From Octopus sinensis (Eukaryota): a stretch of DNA of 64,000 nt. Location: contig NC_042999.1 in NCBI RefSeq assembly GCF_006345805.1, positions 84,940,001-85,004,000 of the forward strand. The letters are read 5' to 3'. The position numbers and the translations under genes were made by a program. Shown piece after piece: positions 39,607 through 51,725 of this stretch; the stretch's first letter is position 1, and each line of letters starts with the position of its first letter. The notes under the pieces are model-generated. The model searched no databases. It saw only the letters and a list, made by a program, of their open reading frames with translations, and was not told the origin of the DNA.

Positions 39607-40958
39607 AATTATTAAGATGGCTATTCGCAATTTACAACCGAAAGGCACATGTATAATCATCACTAAAATGACTAAAGTGACTAATGTTGGTGCTCACATG
39701 CACCCTTAATCACACTAGTGACGATTGTATATATTTGTGTGCGTGCGTGTGTGTATGAATAATTTTAAAATATATATCACTACATTCTAGTATTTTGAAG
39801 CAATCGCATAGCTCTTAATGTTTGCCTGTATAAAATTCGTCCAGCGTTTATATATTGATCTAATAAACATTCAAGATATGCTTTCAATGTACATGAGAAA
39901 CATACGTATCCTAAAAGCTAGTATGACATAAACACTCCTTCTCGGACCATGATATCTCGGGTTTCGTGCATGCGAGCATCTTCAGTGAATCAGAAAGGAA
40001 TTAATGGACTGGAAAATCTCATTTTTTTTTTCCTTCTTTTGCATTTGCAAGGTTCAAAAGTTTCAAAGCGTGTGATGTCACGTTGAAATATTTCCCTGTT
40101 TAGCAAACGTATACGAGCGTTAATACTGAATAAATTGAACCACTCTTAATCGACATGATTAAAAAGGTGAGATATTGTCACCACCCACGACGCATTTCTA
40201 AACATCCTGAACAAATACCTGACATCTTTCAAATGATCTAACGTACACATACCTGCTCATAAAACAGAAAATATTACATATGATATAATTACCGCTTTAC
40301 ACAAAAGATTCCTCTCTGCCAGTATCAATACAATATATAAGGAAATTAATAATGCAGGAACTCGAAGGTACTTGCCACTTGTTAACGATAGATAATCACT
40401 TATCAAACGTATTATTTCTACCCGATACTTGTTGGTTTCTCTTGGCCAAATACAAAATCTCTAATAATTGCCTCGTTTTTTCTTTCTCTAATATGTCTTT
40501 TACGTGTTGTGTGAATGATGTACAAGAGTTCTAAGTCCTCTGTATGAAAGGCACGTTTTTGTTAAGTATGATGCTTGGTTTCATTTTATGCTATCTGGTG
40601 ACGTTCGTACGAGATAGAGTGAATTCGGTTCGTGTTATTTCTTTGAAGCCAGATTTCTAATGTGATGGGTGTAGAGTTGAAAATCTTGTACATCCCCCGT
40701 TGAAAAATGGTTCATCTCTTTGCTGAAATCTGAAACTGATGCAGGAACAATAAGAAGAATTCACTAATCGTTTGTTTCTACTGTAGAAAAGAGCTCATAA
40801 AGTTTTCGAATATCTTCGGAGGAGACCAGATACCAAAACTTTCCTGTTTAACAAACTTTTGACGAATCGCTACTTTACGGATCATGAAGAATTCAACACC
40901 CCTTTCTAAGCGGTGCAGGGTTAAACACAAAGACATACGCGCACACACACATACATAA

Positions 40959-41059
<101 letters not shown>

Positions 41060-41199
41060 AAAAGATTTGTAGAGGTAACACGCGAGTAAGTAGATATTTA
41101 TGAAAAACAAGAACAAAAATGCTACTTTCTTAAAATTGGGTACATTTTAATTTTCCTTTTACATGTACTGAAATATGTAAAGAGAAAAGAACTATTAAG

Positions 41200-42230
41200 A
41201 AAATTAAATTATCCCCCACACGAGCTACCGAAAATGCCCAGCAAAACAGACACAAATATCATCTCTATAAATGAAGATATTCTAAAAGAACTGAAGAACA
41301 TAACTCAAACCTAATAACGGCCATAAACAAGTTAAACTTAACATCTCATCCATCTACACAAAACAATGAAGAAACCGAAACGAGAAAAACATCCACCGAA
41401 ATATATGAGGACCTTGGAAATTTATGCGAATCAATTAAAACATACTTTTCAAACATTTCAAAACAAGGACAACAAAACGAGGAATCACATGGGATAAAAA
41501 CGTGGTACCACAATGGAGACAACGTCTTAGAAACAGAAAATTTGCGTTTTGGAAAATGATACAGAACCACAACAAAGCAGAGTATATCAGAAATGGCTTA
41601 ACTCGACACCATTAATTATAACCCGCAAATTACAAATAAAACCTATCCAGGAAGAACCAGAAGCACAAAGGAAACTTCGAGAAAGAATGACACTAGCAAA
41701 AATGAAGATGAAAACGGAACTACTGAAACTGAGGGCAGAAACGAATGAAGAAAAAGTAAAAACCAAGGCCCCAACACAGATACAATGCTGAAATTATGGA
41801 AAGAGGAGTGTGAAAAAGAGGAACTAAAATCCCTCCAACAATGGGAAAAGAGAGTTAACTGGATTTCGACTTATGAAACCAACTTAAAAAACGAACACAT
41901 TTCCAACAACCCCTTCCTAAAAATCAAGAAAAACAAAACCTCAATCTATCATAACTGAAGAACCAAGAAAATTGAACATACTTCCCTCCCGAGAAAGACA
42001 TTTTGAACGTACCCCATACTACATAAGTGTACCACGAAACACCTACAGGGATACACCGCACACTTTAGGAATTACAATCTACATGACCCAAGCCACATAA
42101 ATGCACCTCGAAACACCTACAGGGATACACCACCCAATTTTAGGAGCCACAATCTACATGACCCTACTAAAACAAACCAACGAAGCCTATACTCTAGGAA
42201 CCCACCATGCAACCATAACAAACTACATGC
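41200..42230 (+). pseudogene. Decayed retroelement 5' ORF fragment, probably PLE or LINE
   Basis: A-rich, strand-biased coding-like stretch (KWLNSTPLIITRKLQIKPIQEEPEAQRKLRERMTLAKMKMKTELLKLRAE) between microsatellites; no catalytic motif visible. Confidence 0.35.
42035..42164 (+). repeat. Direct duplication, ~55-bp unit with a 74-bp period
   Basis: 'cgaaacacctacagggatacacc...tttagga...acaatctacatgaccc' at 42035 and 42109. Confidence 0.9.
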
Positions 42231-42234
42231 CCAC

Positions 42235-42336
<102 letters not shown>

Positions 42337-42750
42337 GCGCAAGAGTGGCTCTGTGGTAAGTAGCTTGCTAACCAGCCACAGGGTTCCGGGTTCATTCCCA
42401 CTGCTTGGTACCTCGGGTAAGTGTCTTCTACAAGAGTCTCGGGCCGACCAAAGCCTTGTGAGTGGATTTGGTAGACAGAAACTGAAAGAAGCCCGTCGTA
42501 TATATGTATATATATATATATGAATGTGTGTGTATATGTTTGTGTATCTGTGTTTGTCCCTCAACATCGCTTGACAAACGATGGTGGTGTGTTTACGTCC
42601 CCGTAACCACGCGGCTCGGCAAAGAGACCGATAGAATAAGTACTAGACTTCCAAAGAATAAGTCCTGGGGTCGATTTGCTCGCCTAAAGGCGGTGCTCCA
42701 GCATGACCGCAGTCAAATGACTGAAACAAGTAAAAGAGTAAAAGAGAAAA
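42337..42750 (+). mobile_element. tRNA-derived SINE (family A), full length
   Basis: A-box-like 'tggctctgtggtaag', B-box-like 'gggttcattccc', conserved body, internal microsatellite and 'gaaacaagtaaaagagtaaaagag' tail. Confidence 0.92.
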
Positions 42751-43309
42751 TATGAGTGTATCTCTGAGTATTTCAGTAGGCGTGTATTCGTCGGTCTTTA
42801 TGCCTATTATTATCTCCCTTCTTTCCCCGTTCCCTGCTGCTAACTATTCAATGCTTTATTTTCTCTCAACAAATACTTTTATCTCACTGTTCTCCCCCAC
42901 GTTCTCTCTATCCTTCCATATCTGTATCTAAAAATATTTACCTTCGTTGGATTTATTTTTTACATTTATTTTACTGCGTGCCTATTTGTATGCCAAGTTT
43001 ATCTGCAAATCTTCTCGTCTCCCTTTATCGCACCTTTATTTAATAAACCATCATTACATTTTTCAATCTTACACTATGTTTTCTGCTCTCTTCCGTTCCT
43101 AGATTATCAATCCTAAAATAATGTGCAATTACTTTTCAAAATTTGGTTCTCATTATGGAACAATCTAAATTAAGCAAAATCAATTTTCAAAGTGTGATAC
43201 ATTACATAAGTGATTGTGTTTGTGTGTGTGTGTGCATATATATATATACATGTGTGTGTGCAAATATATATGCATATATATATACATGTGTGTGTGCAAA
43301 TATATATGC

Positions 43310-43373
<64 letters not shown>

Positions 43374-44172
43374 TGCCGCCGGACCTTTTAGAATACCAGT
43401 GAAATATCTCTCAAACCTACCCGAAAAGTCTTTTAACGAGGGATCTCACATACAATAAACGTTGTCCTAGGTTCCTTTATAAATACGGTATATTCATAAC
43501 TGGAAAATCTTCAATAGAATGCTTGCTCAGTAAGGGTTAACATAGAGCTAATATATTTGTGTGCATGCATGCATGTATGTATGTATGTATGTATGTATGT
43601 ATGTATGTATGTATGTATGTATGTATGTATGTATGTATGCATATCAGTAAACTACTGAACTGCATTATGTTATATTTCCATCGACTTGTTTTCATTTATT
43701 TATTTATCACAATACGTATCGTTTTTTTCTTTTATTCTGTTCGTATATTTGTCCATAATCCTACTTGGAAAAGACTTGTTCATTCCTTAGAAGATTAACT
43801 GAAGTACTTCAACAAAATGCCTACGACAACAAAAATAATACAGAATATAGAAAATAAAAGAAGACGAGTAGAAGATGATAGATGACACAAGACACATGTT
43901 TATGGTGACCTCCTCGTGAGGAGCTTTCTATGCTGTGATTTATTGCTTCTTTGCTACTTAATTGCATTGGCTCCAATCACTTGTTTAAAGTGCTTTGTGA
44001 AGTAGAGTTATCTACCAAATATCAAGAGGAAGGTTTTTGAGTGTTTCTTTATAAACGAGAAATACATGCACACATTCATTTATATTCACAAAGAGACACA
44101 CAGTCACACACAAATACATACATACACATATGTATGTATATATGTGTATATATATATATATATATATAATAT

Positions 44173-44287
<115 letters not shown>

Positions 44288-45199
44288 ATATATATATAAA
44301 CGTATTGTAAACGCATACGTTAGTGTATCTATGTGCATACCTCTTTATTGAAACACGTGTAATTACATAGACACACTTAAATGCAGGTATAAATACATCA
44401 TTAAACAAACACTTGCATGCGACAGTAAATAAAAGTGTACATATTAATTAATGTGTGAATAAATATGTAGTACAAGAATGACAATACTGAAGCAATCCAT
44501 CAGCATTAAGGGGGAATGTTTCTATTAAGTAAATTGGGGAGCGAATACCAACCTACTATCCTTTTTCGGTACCTTTTCTCATCTATCATTATATGTGTGC
44601 GTATCTAAACATGCATGTGTGACTGTGGCAAGGAGATAGGATGGTCGAGTGGGTAAAATGTTTTTTGCAACAACTCTGTCCTAGGTTCGATATCATGGTG
44701 TAACTTTTTAGGCGAATATAATTTTACTCACATGGTACGGGTCAAACCATACCATGCAAGTAAAAGCCAATCGGGTGGGCTTTACCCAATTCAAAAGATA
44801 AAGATGTATCACACACTGTAACATACTGAGAAATATATTAAAGTTATACGTCTGGGGAATTATCATCCACTTATATGTTAATTGAGGGACAGGTAAATCA
44901 GTTGATAGAGCAATAGAATTCAACGTGTCATACGAAGATTCACCGCACGCACGCACACACATACACACATTTTTCCATGTATGTATGCAGCACTGGATTA
45001 ACCATTTAGTAAAATTAGCATGTGCTTAGAGCATCAAGTAAAGGGGGCCACCACAGAAATGGTAAATGGTTTACAGTACAAAAGTAATCACTTTGAACTT
45101 CCTAAAGTAATATTCAGTATACCTTATCTCTACTAAATATAGCAGCAGACGTGTTAAGTAAAATTAATTTTGAAGGCCTGATCAAAAAGTTTGCAATTT

Positions 45200-45251
<52 letters not shown>

Positions 45252-45254
45252 AAA

Positions 45255-45370
45255 TGGGACAAGAACGGCCCATTCGGAGTTTTCTTTCCTCAGTCGAGTT
45301 CCAGATTATCTTTGCAATTTCGACTGGTTATACTCGAGATTGCTCCAATCTGGCCAGCCCCAAGGAAAGA
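45255..45370. mobile_element. Second copy of the 14660-15068 repeat family, next to (TA)n
   Basis: Direct alignment with 14675-14760. Confidence 0.7.
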
Positions 45371-45559
45371 CTTTGAGCATCACCTTAGCTGCTGAGGGTT
45401 GGGCACGAGCCATCGTTGGACGTGGTGTGTTATGCTGCCATTGCTTAGACTGGTCATTAGTCTCAGGATCATAGTGACGAAACTATGTTTCGTCCTGTGT
45501 GATAAGTCTGCCGAAAAAGTCCTTCCTGTTTTCTTGGCACATTGCCAAAAGACTCTGGG

Positions 45560-46129
45560 CGCAAATGACTCGTTCCTGCTTCTGAAAGTTGTGAGCATCC
45601 GCAGAATCTATCATGCAGATAACATCCGCATGTGCAAATGGCTGTGAATGAAATTTTCCACAGGCCCTACACTTATTTTTATTTCGTGGACTAGTTGCCG
45701 AATAGTTGTATGGCGATCCTACAAAATAGCGGCTCCCACTGTATAGATGGTGTCGTCATCAATGGCGGTATATGGTCGTCCATGAATAGGATCACTTTCC
45801 ATCGATGTCCGATCATATTTGAACTGGTGATGCCAGTGCTTGACTACATCGTATGATGGTGCATCGTCACCATAAACTTCTTTCTTCTCATCAAAAGTCT
45901 CATGTGGTGTACCATCTTTCAAGTATGAGAACTTGATCACTGATCCGCATTCAACTGCCTCCATTATAACACATCCGCTTTAGCAGCCGTAAAAGACAAA
46001 CGAATACAAGTGGAAAGCTGCAATTTACAATGTAACATGTAGAGGCATGTATGATTCTACCTGTACAAGTCCCGTTTCCTGCAATAACGGGAATGGATCA
46101 GAGGAAATCTTTAATGAACATCCCTCGTA
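45560..46129 (-). pseudogene. mariner transposon 5' half: TIR plus transposase N-terminal HTH
   Basis: TIR 'tacgagggatgttcattaaag' followed by TA; MEAVECGSVIKFSYLKDGTPHETFDEKKEVYGDDAPSYDVVKHWHHQFKYDRTS...GRP. Confidence 0.88.
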
Positions 46130-46204
46130 TATACAAACGAATGCATATAATGCTTTTGTCGTTTTATGCAAAACTTTTCCTGTTTAAAAATAATTATTAC
46201 AGCC

Positions 46205-46665
46205 TGAAGCAACATTAGTACCAAAAAGCAATCTTTAATTAGCGTGGTTGTTTTGTTTGAACAACGAATACTGTGGTGTTCGCCTTGAGAGGACCTCTCA
46301 ATTATATTTGTATCGTTGGCAGAGGAAAATCATCTGCTATTGCCGCTGGACTTGCTGCGTCTCTTCAGTGACATTTGTCCGCTCGTTGAATACCAGCCAA
46401 ATCTAGACACTCGCGTCATAAATAGCCTGCACGTTTTCTAAATGATAACTATTAACGACATAAGCAGTATCAATACCAAAAGCAATCTTTTTATCCATCT
46501 TAACGTGGATACTTTGTTAGAATGACAAATCTGTGGCATTTACCTGAAGAGAACCTCTCAAGGCGCATCATACATCTACAGGAGAGGTCTTCTCAAGACC
46601 AATACTGCAGTATTCAACGTTCTAATAGATCATCCACGTTAAGCTGAATATAAAGATTGCCTTTC
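46205..46665. mobile_element. MITE-like cluster of the same terminal-repeat family as 21985-22680 (copies at 46205-46299 -, 46463-46559 -, 46581-46665 +)
   Basis: Shared 'gagaggtc..tcaag..cagtattc..gtatccacgttaag.tggatataaagattgcttttggta' consensus. Confidence 0.7.
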
Positions 46666-48489
46666 ACATGTACTTTTCGTTTCGATCAATCACTTAGTTC
46701 TCTAATGTGTCCAAAAGATAGAGTAATAGGAGTATACCTAGAATATAAATGTAACATAACAGAATCTGGAATGTGACTATGAATGGGGTCAGTTGATTAA
46801 AAATTGAATATATATTGAGTAAAATTTATTTTCCAAACAGTTCTGTGTTTGTAACCATTCGCGGATTCTATTGCTTAGTTCTGGCGAAAAGTAACTTATA
46901 TGTGGCTCCGAAGGATCCAACAGAAAGCATTGGACTTTTTAAAAAAATGAATCCCCATCGGTATCAAAGATGAGTAATCAGTTTTTTCTTATCAACGGCT
47001 AAGTATTCGACAAACACGTGTACCGTTGAGTTTATCCTCAAATTGAATCCAGCATAAAAAATTATGCAAAGGCTGGACTTTTTGAATTATAGTTACAGTC
47101 AAAATTATGACTGTCCATAAATTTTCCGTCTACCCTGCCTCGCAAACAAGGCTCTGATTCACTCAGAGCTAAAGTAAAAGACCCTTGCCTAAGATGCTAT
47201 GTTGTGATTGTGAATCAGGTTTCTTTTATATATTCGGCAGTGTTGCGTCCATGGAGACGTTTATAAACGAAGCATACTTCATATATGCATTACCTCTGCA
47301 GTTTTTTTTCACTAAATGTTTTTACTCGGAGCTAACCGTTGAGCTAAATCTGATTACGTTGAGTCAATGTTCTCTCTTTAATTAAACACAAGACCAGGTG
47401 GGAATTTAAATACGACCTGTTGACTTCAGAAATAGTAACCACATGTCCATCGAATCAAAACCTCAACCATTTTTAGGGCGGAAGGACATATTGTACGATG
47501 TAGTTCTAGATAGCCTTAAAAAGATATGAAGGATTATGCTTAGAATGATTTCAATCAACGTTGCTGTGGAGCTTTAAAAAACATTATTAAACTACCAATC
47601 TTTTTATTTTTGCTTACCTCTGTCGGCTTGTTTACGTATTTATTGACGTGGGTTTGCTTTTTCATCCATCTGTGTAACTATGTGGCCGCACAGGAAAAGA
47701 TTTGTCTATTTTTCGAAAGATTGATTGAAGTAATTCAACAAAAATACAAATGAAATAAAACAAACTATTAATACAGAAGATAAAAGAGGGTCATATGGAA
47801 ATGATAAATGACACAAGACATGCGTTGACTGCAGCAACCTTGGATTTGTTTTACTATTTTACTTTCATGCAACTTAATTGCATTAACTGCAGTTACCTGT
47901 TTGAAGTGTCTTGTGATATATAGTTATCTAGCAAATGTTCTTCAAAGATAAATACCAAGAGCAAATCTTTTGAGGGTTTCTTCAGAAATGAGAAACATTT
48001 ATACATGTTCATTTTCATACATCAAATTCTAATGTATATCTGTGTAATATTTAGATGTGTATGAATGCGGTCATAAATCCATAGGTACACAAATATATAA
48101 GCATATGTATGTACAATTATATGTAAAATTACAACTGTAAACAATTTTTGCCTCAAAATATCGAAATATTCGCATGTATCAATATCTAAATATGAAAGTT
48201 AGCGATGAAAATAATGATAATCGGAATCCACCAACGCGATTTAGCCTAGAAATGGTTGTTGACTGAACAGCATCCTGCATCTCCCCCTTCTCGTTATTCT
48301 TTCCCTACACCCTTACCGATCTCGCTTTTCTTTCTCTCTCTCCTTTGCCTATACACATAGGATAAAACAATAAATCTGTATAAATATAACTCAGTGAGCG
48401 TGTGTTTGCGTGTGTGTGTGTGTGTGTGTGTGTATGTGCAAGAGAGCGCGAGAAAACGAAATAAGGACACATACGAATTTTATATTATA

Positions 48490-48575
48490 GTTCCTACGCA
48501 TGTTTCGCCATTCTGGTCACTTGGAATTCTACAATAGGTGTCCTATGCGCATTTAGATGCTTATCACCAGGGAAC
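48490..48575 (-). ncRNA. Type I hammerhead variant (A6G) with branched, partly decayed stem II
   Basis: GUUCC-CUGGUGA-(57 nt containing GCAU/AUGC and AUAGG/CCUAU hairpins)-GAAAC-AUGC-GU-A-GGAAC. Confidence 0.62.
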
Positions 48576-48620
48576 ACTTTTCTTCATTAAATTACAGATA
48601 CGAAAGGATGCTGCTACATA

Positions 48621-48828
48621 TACGAAGGGCTACTGAAAAGTTCCTGGATTTAAAGTCATCGCGAAAGGCCTAGTTGGAGGCCCAGCGTTACGAGTTCTTT
48701 TACAGGGCTTAGAAAAGCTGAAGGACAGTTGCAATAAGTGTGTGGATCTAGGGGGGATATGTTAAAATTATCTGATTCCTCTTACTCTCTTTTACCCAAA
48801 ACCAGGAACTTTTCAGAAGTCCCTCGTA
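48621..48828. mobile_element. mariner-type MITE with ~27-bp TIRs and TA flanks
   Basis: 'tacgaagggctactgaaaagttcctgg' ... 'ccaggaacttttcagaagtccctcgta'. Confidence 0.88.
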
Positions 48829-48987
48829 TATGTGTGTGTGTGTGTGTGTGAGTGAGTGTGAGTGTGTGTGTGTGTGCGTGCGTGCGTGTGTGTGTGTGTG
48901 TGTGTGTGTGCGTGTATATGTATATGTATATATATATGGAAAAAAGTCAAGGTAGAAAATGCTAAAATAATTTTATAAAAAACATTT

Positions 48988-49023
48988 CAGTACCGGTTTC
49001 AGTCATTGAGACTTTTTCAACTG
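48988..49023 (-). ncRNA. Minimal hammerhead-like motif with core UUGAAAA (C3U, G8A)
   Basis: CAG-UUGAAAA-AGUC(UCAAU)GACU-GAAAC-CG-GU-A-CUG; palindromic ACCGGU stem III; (TA)n ~55 nt downstream. Confidence 0.55.
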
Positions 49024-50036
49024 TAAGTATGGAAAAGAATTAAAGTTTGAAAAAATTAAAGGAAAAGGATTTTAAAAGAATATTTGCATAGTATTCAAAT
49101 ACAAGAGGCATTTTCTGCCTGTCTCTGTCTCTCTTGTTTACTCTTGTTGGCGCCAATCGAGCAGAATAAGCCCCACTTCTATCCACTACACTTAGCCCTT
49201 CCTTTTTAGAATGTTGGCCTATTTAAATCCCTCATCCTCTTCTCTTCTCTTTCCCACCAGGTGTTGACAATCATCGGTTCAAGAGGGACACTAATGACAT
49301 CAATCTCATTAGTTAGCAGTAGATATCCATACCGATTAAGTAAAACAAAAACAGCAATTCAAGTGAACATTCCCTTACCAATAATCAATAACTACAAATT
49401 CGCTATCTTCTCTTCTCTTCTGTTTTCCTACCCAAAACCGGCAATCTATGATCTCCACTTGCCCAAACCTATTCCATGCAGTAACCAGTTCGTGTCTTTT
49501 AATTCTTACAGTATGAAATCAAGCACAACTGAAATATTCAGACATTTTTGTGGTCCAGCTCTCTTCAAGTTACACCTATGTACCGCTGCATTTGAACGAA
49601 AACGTATGGTAATACTCACTGGTATCTATTTACGGCCAGATGAATAACATTGTTTAAATAGTGTATTAAGCACTTGCACTGCGTAGCACGTCTCACAAAA
49701 CTCGAACCATTAAATACTCGATTTATGTTACTACAATCCTCATTTTCGGTCAACTAACTGCAGCACTTCGCCAACACGATACAGACCTTTGTATGTGATT
49801 CCTGCTTTTGCTAAGTCATTATCCTACTGATTCAACCTTGGTGGTTGAAGGCATAATTTGGAATGGTAATGAGATAACGACAAAACAAATGTTTATAATT
49901 CTTTCCTGATTTGCTGTTTTAAATTTAAATGATTCCATTTACTTTTGTACTTTTATTTTGGGTGCTTATTTGTTGTCTTATTCTTTGTTTACCTGTTTTT
50001 TTGTTTGTTTCTTGTTATTGTCTTTTATTATTTACT

Positions 50037-50117
50037 CGTTGTTGTTGTTGTTGCTGCTGCTGTTGTTGTTGTTGTTGTTATTGTTGCTGTTGTTGTTGTT
50101 GTTGTTGCTGCTGCTGC

Positions 50118-50148
<31 letters not shown>

Positions 50149-50218
50149 GCTGTTGCTGTTGCTGTTATTGTTGTTGTTGTTGTTGTTGTTGTAATCGTCG
50201 TCGTCGTCGTTGTTGTTT
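50037..50218. repeat. (GTT)n/(GCT)n triplet microsatellite
   Basis: Direct reading of the sequence. Confidence 0.95.
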
Positions 50219-51725
50219 ACAGTTTCTAAAGTCATAATTTGACTGAAGATTAGATGTCTCTGAAATCCAGCTGCCAGTTTTGTTGTAAGTAATGAGAAAA
50301 ATGTGTTAACTTTAACTAAATGAGAAAACGTTTCCAACGCTCTAGTAAGACTTAATCAACAGGTTGGCTAAATTAGGTCTTAAATGGGCTTTATTATACA
50401 TTAGCTTAAGGGAAATCATAAGATACCTGCTGTCATTCTATCTGTGATAGCACCTCGGAGACACTTCTGAAAAATAGAAACAGAAAATTTCTTATTCACA
50501 ATATTATTCTTATTTAATTTATCGCCATTTCTAAATGTGAATCTGCTTCCCAAAATAAACCAAAGTTTTGCGAATGCCACAAAGCAAGAAGCAATCTTCC
50601 TTGATGAAGTCACTGTATCTCGTGTTCAATTCCTGATTGCAAATATTTCTTGTTAAATACATTTAGATATAATTGGGAGAAGGGATTAAAATTATACTTC
50701 AGTTAAACTGAAAGTTTTCGTCTTTATGAAGTAAATGTGCAGGCAAACTTTGTAAAACTCAAAGCTTAAACCTCGTGTGTGTTAAAATTATATCTGATTT
50801 CTCTACAGGCTTGGTTTTGAAAAGGTGGGAGTGCTCGTGACCTCTTCATGCCCTCAAATCAGGTGAGATCAAAACATTTAACATGCTCCTTGAATATTTG
50901 CGAGTCAAAAGCTCCAAAATAGGGGAATTAAGGAAATCCTTGCAGCCATTTTTCTAAGTTAGAAGAATTAAGTTTAATACTTAGTCCGTGGCCTAGAAGG
51001 TGAACATAATTGGTGCGGAGAGGGAAGAGATGATTCATCCACTTAACAAAGAGCATAAGCCAGAGAAATAGCAATAGAAAAAAATGAAAGAACAGACGGC
51101 ACATTTGTGAGCATTACGTTGCAATGTGCTAATCAAGCGTCATTTCATTTCTTTGGATGTGAACCAAGTTGACCGTGTGGAGCTACACCATCTATGACTG
51201 CAATGCAGGCCATTATATGCTTATGCTTCGTATAGGCTTTGTAGAGAGATATTAGTTAATGACCAAAAGTAGGATGTACATGCGCCGAAATAGAACACAG
51301 ACATAAGAAACCTCAAAAAGTATGAGTCGAATTGAGGTTTCTTGCTGAGTTTTATTAATATTCGAACCCAGAGGAACACTAGATTTGATAATGTGCCGGT
51401 ATAGATCAGCAAATCCCACAATGGTGCCGCCTGAAAAACGCTAACAGGATAGTTCTTATAAGTGAACAGGTTTTACAAAAAGGTTTCAGTTCGACTTGAC
51501 GTTGAATACGCTACTAATGTCGACAGCAAGAAACACTAATTTCACAAAACTTTTGAAAACTAGAGTCCACTGGTAAGTGAAATTGGAGGATAAGCCTCCA
51601 ATAGATTTTACTTCATGAAAGCTGTAATGGTAGTAAATAAAAAAGAACATGGATCTAAAATGCTGGGGAAGATTAATATTCCTTTTAAAACGGTTGAAGC
51701 AAATTTATGCACGCAATGTACATGC

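Noticed and set aside
46330-46372. Minus-strand CUGAAGA-GAC(7 nt)GUC
   Set aside because: Followed by CAGC rather than GAAA; no stems I or III.
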